DNA of 64,000 nt from Chrysomallon squamiferum (lineage: Eukaryota; Animalia; Mollusca): NCBI GenBank assembly GCA_012295275.1, contig CM022668.1:6200001-6264000 (forward strand), given 5' to 3'. Position 1 is the first letter of the stretch. Every line of letters starts with the position of its first letter. The position numbers and the translations under genes were made by a program. The notes beneath the pieces are model-generated. The model made no database searches. It saw only the letters and a list, made by a program, of their open reading frames with translations, and was not told where the DNA came from. This document shows positions 49,217 to 64,000 of this stretch, piece after piece.

Positions 49217-51098
49217 ATAATAAAAATCGCCTTACTCTCTCTCTCTCTATACTCTATGTTCATCGATGGATCTCAAAATATGAGCTTTTTCCGGCGAAGG
49301 TTAGAATGCCAATTGCAGCGAGGCTTTACCAAGTTGCATTCGTTATTCAACTTGACATGATAAAGATGATATCTTAAGAAAGTAACCAGTTATTTCTTTT
49401 AACCTGTTTAACTCTCCAAGTTTCTGAATTGTTTATCCATTTTAGCATCAAGCACTGATCAGTTTAACATGACACAGCAGAATTTGAAAAATAAACTAAA
49501 ATAAATTAAAGAAAATGAATATATAAATATATAAATAAAATAAATGAATAAACGAATGAATAAATGAACGAATGCATGAATATATAAATATTTAAATAAA
49601 TAATTTTAAAATTAAAAAGTTAAATAAAATTTTATAAAATCGATAATAACTCTGACAATCATGAAAAATAATAATATAATCTTCTTTATTGTCTATAAAA
49701 TCTTCACGTTTTGTCATATTCTAGTAAGATCCTTGAACACATCCTGTTATCATGGTAACTGTAAAGCCTGGTTATATGAGATCATGTATACTTCTTAGAT
49801 AGAAAACATTCATTTATCTTGAGTGGCAGCCGAACAGTTCATGGGAGGTAATTACTAATCCTTGTGTATTTATTGATAAGTGAAGTACCCATACTCATAG
49901 AAGTAAAAGTATTTGTGGTTCACAGATCAACAGAGAAGAAAAATTCATTTGCAAAAGAAACAAACCTGAATTAACAATATAACATACTGAATCTATACAA
50001 AGCTGATATATTCAGACGTTTATCGAAAGAAAACAACAATGCTTGAATAGATGACGTGAAAAATACAGAGCAGAAATCTACAACAAGAATAACAACTGTA
50101 ATAATAATAATAATAATAACAACAATAACAATAATAGTAATAATAATATCATTAATAAATAATCATAATAATAATAGTAATAATAATAGCATTAACAACA
50201 GCAAAAGTAACAGCTGTGGTAGTTGTAGTAGTAATAGTCGTTGTGGTAGTAGTAGTAAGAGTAATAATGCTACTAGCATTGATAGTAATTGTGCTATCGT
50301 AGTAATAGTAGTAGTGATAGTGATAGTACTAGTTATAACCACTTTATTTCATCGACTCATTATTTTTTCATTCATTCATTCGTTTGTGTGTTCATTTATT
50401 TATTTATTTATTTTTATTATTTGTAATTGTATATATTTATTAAATCTACAAAAATATATTTTTTTAACAAACTCTAATTAAAGACTTTAATACGTCCAAT
50501 AAGACTTTATTTATTTATTTATTTACTTACTTACTTACTCACTTACTTACATATTTATTTATTTATTTTTACTTACAAAGTAATGAGACAAATCTTTGTG
50601 TAAATATAACTAAATATAAACAGACATTTCTAAAATAGTAAAAAAAAATTGTTGTTAATATTATGTGAGACAAATAGTATATCAATTTAAAATAATAATA
50701 ATAATAATTTATTGATCTATATTGTTGTTGTTGTTGTTGTTGTTTTATTTTGTTTTGTTTCTCGTTATTGTTGTTTTGTTTGTTTTTGTTTTGTTGTGTG
50801 GGTTTCTGAGGAAATCTACAAAGATTAAAATTTTCGAAAACCTATTTCACACTTTAATATCATTAATCTATCTTATTCTTCTTCTCCCTGTCTGTTTCAC
50901 GTACATCTGGTCTAATAAAATTCTTTAAACTATTTATTCTTTAGTTATTATTTCACTAGTTTGGTTTATCTTTCATTGCTCATTACTAAGCAGGACAGGA
51001 ATGCCATACTGTCACAAAACATTTGAAAGCCGCCATTTTATTCTTTCGTAACCCGAGCCGTGATGTCATGGCGTACATGGCGAAGTGACATTTTTTCT

Positions 51099-51141
<43 letters not shown>

Positions 51142-52962
51142 AATTTGTGACATAAGAAATGTTAGTTACATATTTTTTTTTTCAAACAGAAGAACCTTTA
51201 GTCGAAATCTATCACTACGTATGCGATGACGTCACGTAATAGGAAAATGGCGTTACCCATATTTCAAATGTATTCTTTTCTTGTTGTTAATTTAGACTGG
51301 ATGGGAGAGAAAAGTCAATTATAGTAAAAAAATAAATAAATAAAAACTAAAAATTAAAAAATAATAATTAAATAATATAAAGAGATACAACTTGAAAATC
51401 TATCTATGTATCCATCTATCTATGTTATTATTATTTTTTTTTTATATAGTCATTGTGGTGTTACGTAATGCTGATGATTATAATGACGGAGATAACAATG
51501 ATGCTGTTTTGACTATAACGATAATAATGAAGTCCATGATTATGATCGAAAATATGCAAACAAGTATAACGGCTGTAGTTAAGATGATGATGATGATGAT
51601 ATTGGTTATCTTAATCACGACGCTAAGGACTATGATGATCGCAGTTAGCAGTGGTCTTAAAGAAGTTGTCAACAAAGGTGTTGTGGTAGTAAATACTGTA
51701 TTAAGAAATTAAAATAAAGCACTAACACACAATATTTCATTAACAAAATACGTTACCACATAAAGGTTAATAATAATAATAATAATAATTATTATTATTA
51801 TTATTATGACAAAATATCAAATAGTTTTTAATGTTTAAACCAATCGTTTTATTATTAAATGGAGTCACAAATTATAAATTTTTAATAACAAAGACATAGT
51901 TATTAATTCAACTTGCCTCACAGGTAATTCCCAGTTCAAAACATTATAGCGAGAGAACTGATTCGCAAAAATAAAAAATGTATTAAATGACAAATCGATC
52001 TGAATCCGCTGGTTATTTCGCGGAAGGAAAAACTAATCAATAAAAACAAAAGTGACTTCCCTTAGTAAGCTCTTCAGCGTGAAGTCTGAATTGTTACATG
52101 ACACGAAGTTTTAGATTAAACTTATTATGTTCTACAAAAATAATCTATTAATAGGTTTATAAAAGTTAAATGTAAAGAGAGAGGTATCGTATGATAACAA
52201 CAGAAGATTTTGTGTGAACATGTTTCAAAGAGTTGTAATAATATTAATATGCAGTGTAGTTATGCACGGAATCTTCCCCTAGAACAAAGTTTGATGAACT
52301 GTTCCCACATGGAATGTTCCATTAGAACAACGTTTGGAGAACTGTTCCAAATGCATATGTTTCTTTAGAACAAAGCTTGATGAACTCTTTCTTCAAAGCA
52401 AAACTTGACTAACTGATTTTTATTTTTTTTTTTTTTTTTTTTTTAAATATCGAATAACAATAGCTCATTGAAAATTAATCCCTCTAATAAATAAATTTGT
52501 ACACTTGTAACTAAACAAATAATAAATAAAATGTTAAAGTAATTAAATAAACATCTTCATACTGCCCAGAGATATTAAAACTTATACAAGACTTAAATGA
52601 AGAAGCTGAACAATTCCAACTTCATATTTTTCCTTAGAACAAAGCATGATTAATTGTTCCAACACGGCATGTTCCTTTAGAACAAAGCTTGATCAACTTA
52701 TTTTTGTTTAAAAATATGGAATAACAATAGCTTGTTGAAAATTAATCCCTCTAAGAAATAAATACACAAAAATAAAACAAACGAACGCATTTGTAAATAA
52801 ACAAATAATAAATAATCAATTAAAAACAAACAAAATTTTAAAGTAATTAAATAAACATCTTCATACTGCCCAGAGATATTAAAACTTATAGAAGACTTAA
52901 ATGAAGAAGCTGAATTTTAACTTCAAAACTAAACTAATCTTAACTTCAGTACTAAACTGGCG

Positions 52963-56027
<3,065 letters not shown>

Positions 56028-56420
56028 TTTTAATATTTGTAAGAAATAAATCAAGTTTTCCTGTTTTTGGTTCAAATATTACGTTCCTTTCGTTGTCTCC
56101 GTTACACCGTTGATTTCTGAGTTCAGACTAATTATTCGTAGTTCTCTGGTTTGTTAGAAAACTTCAGAAATAGACGTATTGCCATGGAGAGGCGTTTGTT
56201 TATCTTATTGGCTATTTTGTCTGTATCGACTGGTGAAGAATTAAAGATTCATACAGACGCAGCGAACTAACATAACGATCGCTAAGTGTCTAGTTTACTA
56301 TTGCGTATTGATGTGCTGAATATGTCTGTGTCTATTTACAAATCTGTCGATCTGTTTGTCTGTTTGTTTATATTATATGACAGTCATTTTAGATTTTCAT
56401 TTATTGCAGAATTGAGGCTT

Positions 56421-56468
<48 letters not shown>

Positions 56469-57299
56469 GCAGGGCGATAACGAGTTACTATCTAAAAGTA
56501 TTTTCTTGCGAAGGTTAGAATGGCGAGTGCAGCGAGCCTTTACAAAGATGCATTCGTTATTCAACTTGACCAGGATAAAGGTGATATTTTAATAAAGTAA
56601 CTAGTTATTTCTTTTAACCTGTCGTTCTAAATAATTTTAAAAATTGATATTTCAATAAATTACTAGCTATTTACACAACACACACACACACACACGCACG
56701 CACCATATATATATATATATTTAACAAGACTACTTCTAATTAATTCAGCGAAATTTCTTTACTAAAAAATCGATTTAATGATGGATAAACCTTTTGAACA
56801 TTATGATGATGATGATGATCATCATCATCATCATGTATAGAAACAAAGTAAATAAATACAAATAAGTAAAATAAATAAATAAATAATAAACAAAAGAAAA
56901 AAAGAAAGAAAGAAAATAAATAAATAAGTAAACGAATGAATCAATAAATAACAGACACATTGTTAAGTTTGAAGTCCTAGGAGACTGTTGCACACTAATA
57001 TCAATTTTCTTGTAAGGAAAATTGCTAAGGAACCATACTTTTGGGACAGTATGTGTTTACTAATGAATGATACACAATAACCAATTATTGATACAAATAT
57101 CAATTCACAGCTGGGGTTTTCTCTGGCTGTATGAAATCAATGCATTTTAAGAATTAATTGCTTGCGTCTACGTTGTGTGTTATTCCGATGTAAAACAAAA
57201 CGAATTCAAAATAAAAACGTTACATTCGCGATGGAAACTGAGTTGCGGTGAATGGATGCATTTGAAAGGTAATGATAAGTGGGCGGCGATGATAAAAAA

Positions 57300-57520
57300 A
57301 AAACTGTCGGCAGAGAAAGGACAAATGTCGGCAGTCAATAGATTAATGTCAGTAGAAAATGGAAAGGTGTCGGCAGTAACTGCAGAAGTGTTGGCAGTCA
57401 GTGGATAGGTGTCTATAGACAATACATAGAGAATGGATAAATGTGGAGAAAGAATGGGTAAGTGTCGGCAATGAAAATATGAGTATCCACAACTAGTATA
57501 AGTGTCGGCAGTGAATGGAT
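57300..57520. repeat. Degenerate ~21-bp tandem repeat (core GTGTCGGCAG)
   Basis: Repeated tgtcggcag...gga.a units. Confidence 0.6.
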
Positions 57521-57653
57521 GTTTGTTTGTCTGCCTGTCTGTTCTTGTCTCTTATATTATTATATAATTTATTGAAAAAACAAAATGGCGTTGGTCATAG
57601 TACCTTTGATAATTATGAAAACGATAAAGGATTTCAAAATAAAATTTAAATTT

Positions 57654-57756
<103 letters not shown>

Positions 57757-58496
57757 ACCATTAACATCAGTAAAAAAAAAGAGCAGGGAGAATTTGTTAA
57801 AATTTTCTTGTTGAAGCTGTTCTTATCATCTTCAGAACTGTTGCTGTTGTTAACAATTATTATTACAATAATAGATACAGTCGTGTATTTTTGCAAATGA
57901 TGATGATGATGATTAATGTCACGATGCCAGAGCTTGTTTTTACCTCTGCGTGTTTAGAACTCTATGAATGGAATTGGAAAATGTTTAATTGCGACAGTGA
58001 AATATATAGAAAAGCAAACATTAATAAAACAGAAGAGGCTAAGAATGAAGTATAAAAAAATAATTTTACTGTAACAGATTGTGAGAATGAAGCATATAAT
58101 CACTTACAAAATTTATCATAAGTACAAAGGGTTTTCTTTCTTCATTTTTATTTATGTATTTTTATTTTATTTTATTGTATTTTGTTTTTATCATTATTTA
58201 ATTATTTAGTTCTTTTTGTAAAGTTTAGACAAAATTAAACATATAACATGGTATCACATGGCATAAAAATATAAAAATACAATTAAAATATAAGTATCGT
58301 TGAGTAGGGGAAAGAAAATTATAGTTTGTGTTTTTTGTGTTGTTTTTGTAAATGAGCACACACACACACACACACACATATGACGTTCAAAATAACATGA
58401 CATTACATATAGGAAAAAATAAATATAACATTACAATTAAAATATCAAGTATCATTTAGTTGAAAAAATAAAATTATGTTTCTTGTGTTGTTTTTG

Positions 58497-58541
<45 letters not shown>

Positions 58542-58731
58542 GAGATTCCAAATAACATAAAAAAAAAAAATATGAAAAATAAATACACATAAAAAAGAAC
58601 CTAGTGGTTGTGGTATAATAATATATTTTTTCTAAAATAAATTTAAAAAAATTAAAATAAAATCTCATATAATCCAGTATGCAAAAATATATCCATATAT
58701 CTTCACAAAATAAACTTTCTTCTTTTTTCAA

Positions 58732-58762
<31 letters not shown>

Positions 58763-59378
58763 TAAAAATTCGAAATAACCAAAACAAAAAAATTAAAATA
58801 TAAAAAATAAATATAAATTGAGTAAACATTTTTAAAAAAGCCTTTCCCCCATTTAACCCACAAAGACATAAATACCATATTTATTTTTATTTTTATCTAA
58901 AGACCCTAAATATAATAATTAATTTTTTCTAAGCTAATATACTTTTATGGAGTAAAGTAATAAAAATTAAACTATGATTTTATATACAAAGAGATGTTCT
59001 AAAAGCATAAAAATTTAAAATTAAATAAATTACGTACTGTTTAAGTAAATGTACTGTATTATTTATGTATACAAAAAACATATAACATATATTTTTAAGA
59101 ATCCTAAATACAATAATAAAATAAGTTAATGAATAACATAAAATATAAATATATATCCAATATAAATGTTCATATTATTTTATTATTGTGTGTATGTGTA
59201 TATATGTATAATATAAAAAATAAATATACATCCAATATATATTCAAAAAGTGTGTGAATGTGTGTGTGTGTGTGTGTGTGACAGAGAGATTCAAAAAAAG
59301 ATAATATATAAAGAATAAATACATTTCTACTATATATTAAAAAAAAAAAAACCTGTTCTCTTTATATACAAATACATA

Positions 59379-59415
<37 letters not shown>

Positions 59416-60530
59416 TTAAGGATCGAAACTATAATAGTTTCTAAAGTAATATAATACAAATTAAAATAAGGTCTTATGTAGAATATACAAACATGTGCAC
59501 GATGTTCTAAATACGAAGAAAAGTGTAAAACAACAAATACAAAATTCTAAAACTTCTTTTTCCTAAGTTCCTGAATATATAAATAATAAAAATTTAATAT
59601 CTTATAGAATATTGTAAAAACTAATGAAACATTTTATTTTTCCATTTTATTCACAAATACATGAATAACCATTTTTATGTTTTCCTTAAATATCCTAAAT
59701 ATAAAATAAAAATTAAATTTAGGTCATATATAATATAAAAAAATATATATACATATACGATGTTCCAAATAGCATAAATATATATATATTTTTTTTAAAT
59801 TAAGTTGCTGCTGTGTTGTTGTTATTTTTTAAATCTAAAACAATATAGTTATATACAAAAGGGGATAAAAGTTAAAAGAATATTTAAAGGTAAATTTGAA
59901 TATCAAAATAATTTTTTTTTTTTTTTTAGAAAATAAAATAATAATTTTGTATAATATTATTAACAGAATATAACAAAAAATTTACAAAGCATTGTCTCTG
60001 TCTTTCAATTTTCTTGATGATGTTTCTGGTAAGGTTTTAAAGTTCATATTATTCACAAATTGAAAACCAATTTTCTTTAACGTCTTTTCATTTTTCTGAC
60101 ATGAAATAAAATAAAACATTTCTCTGTTGCTAAACTTGCATAAAGTTTTAGTTTCTTCTTTTTTGTTTTGATTTCTCTTGTGGTAATAATTTTGAAATTC
60201 TTTTGTTTTCACTTTCTTAGATGATTTTTCTTGAAACACTTTGGTAATTTATTACTCTTTATAACTCTAAGATTTTCAGTGAAGCTTTCTGGCTTTTTAC
60301 ACCTCTCTGTATTTATCTCCAAAATATATCCTTTTCAATCATTTGTACTTACAAATGTAGTCAGAAGCTGTAAACAGCAGATGTGTCAAGCATTATTAAG
60401 AATTAACATATCAGTTTTAGGAGTAGAGAAAGTTAACCTTCCACTTAGTGCTTAACATTCGGGCTCAGAAGAAAAGTACTGTTTGCAGTTTTATCAGATT
60501 TTAGTATTTGATTACAGAGGAGTTCAGCAT

Positions 60531-63131
60531 CTAATCAGTATCTGTGTCTGTACTGACATCTCTTTGTTTATATCTCTTTGATCGATGATTTTCGCATTTC
60601 TTTCCACTGTGTGACATTCTTAGTAAATCATCTTCTCTTTTTCTTAAGCTGCTGAGTGCTATTTTGGGTGACATTTTAAATATGCATTCTTCTGGCTTTG
60701 TTGAGCTACATGATAATATGGGTGATATTATAATAAATCTTTCTGATCTCTTTTTTGATCTTTTATGCAACTTTTTGGGAGACTTTCTAACATCTCGCAC
60801 TTCTTTCTTTCTCAGTTTTCTCAGTGATGTTTCAGGTGACATAATAATTCCTTTTTCTCTCATTAGTGATTTTCTATTTGATATTTCTTGTAATTTTTGA
60901 GCATCTAACTCTTTTCTTTTTCGTAATCGTTTACATGATATTTTAGGTGACATGTTAACTATTGTCTCTTCTTTCATTCTTACTCTTCTATGTGATATTT
61001 TTGGTGATGTGTAAATTATTCCTTCTTCTTTCCTTTGTGATCTTGTTAGTGACATGTTTTGTGATTTCATGACATCTTGTTTGTCTGGGTATTTCAATCT
61101 GTGGGAGCATTTCTCTGGTAATATTTTAACATCTTGCTCTATTCTTTTTCGTGATCTTCTTTGTGACATGTTTTGTGATTTCATGACATCTTTTTCTTGG
61201 TATTTCAATCTGTGGGAGGACTTCTCTGGTAATATTTTAACATCTCTCTCTATTCTTTTTTGTGATTTTCTATGTGATGTGTTTTGTGATTTTTTGATAA
61301 CTTGTTCTTCTTGGTGTTTCACTCTGTGGACTTTTTTGTGTGATCTTTCCGAAATTTGTCTTTGTCTTTTGTTCTGTTCTGAAGATGACTTTTTTGAAAC
61401 ACCCATCAAATTACTGCTATTCTTAACAGCATGAATTCTGGTGATGTTTTCTCGCTCTTTACGTTCTCCTATGTCCATCTCCAATAAATGTGTCTCTTCC
61501 AGATCCTTTTTAAACATCTGCACTTTGCTATATAATTTCTGAATATTTATAATCAAAGGATCATTGTCTGGGCACTGGTTCAAAACTTCATTTCCCATGA
61601 CCTGAAAGAAATACATTTTTTATCAGTAGATTAAACATATTTTACAAATATTCTGATTAAGTATTAGGAAATTAAATATTATTCACATATATAATATAAA
61701 AGTATAAAAGTAATTCTCTACTACTACATTTTATGAGAAGAATTCATGGAATAAAACATTTTTGTATTGCTAAACTGAAATACCTGCATTTAATATTACT
61801 TTCATTTATTTCTCTATGTTTCTGTCTATAACACTTGGAATGTAATGAGATGCAAGTAAAAATGGTAATTTTTAATGTTACTTACTTCATTTGGTACTTT
61901 TGATAAATCCAGTGTAACTTCATTTATTTGAAAAATCTGAAAAATATACTGAATAATATTTTACCAAAGAACAATATAATTAGACATTATGTTCAGAGCT
62001 TGAACATTTTATTGATTATACATACCCAGTGTAAAATATAGATGCATCTAGAATGCTTTAAGTATTACAATATGGACAATAAACTAAGATAACAAAAATT
62101 ATGTTTAAACAAGGAATAACAGACACACTGCTGTCTCAGGGTCATTCTGGTTGTATGGTTCAACATCAGAAGACTACAGAAATATTAATAATAGAACTGA
62201 TTACGTAATTGTTTAACATATGCTGTTTGACCACTATAGTTTTATTTAAGGAATGTCTTTTGTTTTGAAAATAATAATAACAATAACAAAACCAAAACAG
62301 TAATAACAACAATAATAATAGTGATAGTGATAATAAGAAGAAGAAGAAGAAGAAAAAAATAATATTAATAATAATAGAATATTAACAACAATAACATTAT
62401 ATGAAATCCTAATTCAGACATGATAAAACTGGTTGCTCTCTATGTAGAAGTGATTCAAAAAATATTCTCAAAAATTTGTTCCACTGCATTTATTTTACAC
62501 ACATGACTGTCTTAAGATATCTAAACATTTCCCACTCACCTCTTTATCAATTTTGCAGCTTTCAACAGGATCTTTGAACTCCTTTTTGAACAATGTATCA
62601 GGAATTTTAACATCATGATTATCACAGATTTGTTCTGGCTCTGTATCATTCGGCAAAATGTTTTTCTCCTGTAGGTCCTTTTTAAACATTTGAACATCAT
62701 CATATAATTTCTGAATACTTATAATCAAAGGATCGTCGCCTGGTAAACGGTTCAAAACTTCATTTACCATGGACTGAAAGAAATATACTTTTTATCAATG
62801 GTTTAAGAATATTTTTAAGACTATTTAAATATTCTTATCTGTTAATATAAAAGTCAGTTATGATAAAAAATAATTTTCTTCTACTAAAATTGATGAGAAG
62901 AATTTATGTCTAGGTTTTTTTTGTTGATTTTTGTTTTTTCAAGTGAAATAAAATCTATTAACATTTCAATATTGTTAAATTGAAATTTGGACAGAAAATG
63001 TTAGTTTCTTATAATTTTATTTCTTTCTGATAAACACACTAGAATACAAATAGATAAAAATAATTTGAAATGTTTCTTACTTCAAATGGTATTTGAGATG
63101 AATCCAAGATAAAATCTTTCTTAGGATATAC
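60531..63131 (-). CDS. 3' part of an uncharacterised gene with a duplicated exon module and a Lys/Arg/Ser-rich repeat C-terminus (5' end not located)
   Basis: Phase-0 GT-AG exons: 63131-63081 (VYPKKDFILDSSQIPFE), 62773-62540 (SMVNEVLNRLPGDDPLII...), 62173-62129 (SSDVEPYNQNDPETA), 61936-61886 (IFQINEVTLDLSKVPNE) and a 1071-nt terminal exon 61601-60531. I do not recognise the family. Confidence 0.7.
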
Positions 63132-64000
63132 CTGAAAAATAAAACAAAATAACTTTACTGTATCTCAGCCAAGAATATTTTTAAGTGTATGCATGCATGT
63201 GTGTGTGTGTGTGTGTGTGTCTGTTCATGTATGTGTGCTTACACAAAAATAAAATTTAATATCATAAATCAGAAAATTACATTTGATAAAATAGTCATAA
63301 ACATATTAATAGTGTTTAACTGTTCCTAAACACAATAATAACTGGAACTGTGCAAAAACTATTATTTAAAAATAAAGTAATTTCCAAACTACTTTAATAT
63401 TTAAATTAATAATGAGAAGAAAAAAGTGGGTACTAAATAATATTAAGAATACAAGAAAGAATGGGGTGAATTAGCTGAACTTAGTTATTCCTATTTCTGG
63501 CCAAGTTAAAAGTTTTATAACTTTAGCAATCAAGAAAAGAAGAAGAAGAAAGAAAGAATTCAAGATAAATGATGGAAATACTTGAAGGGAAATAATTTCT
63601 GAATATTTAGTTGTTTTTTTTAGAAAAAACACTGTGAAGTAGTTTTCTCTAAAGTGAAATTCGTAGAAAACTTTTATGTCTGAAAATTGTCTTACTTCCC
63701 AAGTTCCAAACTATTTAGATGGAAAAAGATCAGGTGATGTTTTTTGCAAAACGTGATAAGAATAAAAACAGAAGCAAAGTTTTATCTATATTCACTGATG
63801 AATTATAACCTTAACCTTAACTAAAACCTAAAATTAGAGTATCTTAGTTTCATTATTTTAACATTTTATCAATTTTTAACAAGATCTGAAATGAATCTTT
63901 TCTGGATTTTTTAGAAAGTTAAATTCGTACACACTCAACAATAATGGCATACATGGTAAAATATGGTTAATGAACTGAAGAATCATAACATCTTAGTAAG

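Noticed and set aside
59982-60530. Lys-rich ORF downstream of the basic-protein stop codon
   Set aside because: It is interrupted by stops and frame changes and I found no clear splice link. It could be UTR or decayed coding sequence.
63805-63830. Telomere-like TAACCT repeats
   Set aside because: Only 2-3 imperfect units, expected by chance in AT-rich DNA.

Overview
AT-rich, microsatellite-dense, intron-containing animal DNA. A mollusc, possibly a cephalopod, is a guess from composition only. The main content is a cluster of five paralogous 6-exon genes, reconstructed by hand from GT-AG junctions. Each encodes a ~355-aa protein with a probable signal peptide, a PAN/Apple-like domain, a 4-Cys EGF-like module and a fibrinogen C-terminal (FReD) domain. 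Copy A (+, 3156-18386) carries an ~11.5-kb 19-bp satellite in its last intron. Copies C, D and E (-) are intact. Copy B (-) has a 1-nt frameshift in its last exon and is interleaved with antisense pseudo-exons of the same family. The spacers record tandem and inverted duplications and one unit whose gene was deleted. At the right end is the 3' part of an unrelated minus-strand gene with a duplicated exon module and a basic 18-19-aa SPK-type repeat tail. At the left end is a short putative exon with a hexapeptide repeat. Most ORFs in the supplied track are microsatellite noise. I saw no RNA genes or CRISPR arrays.
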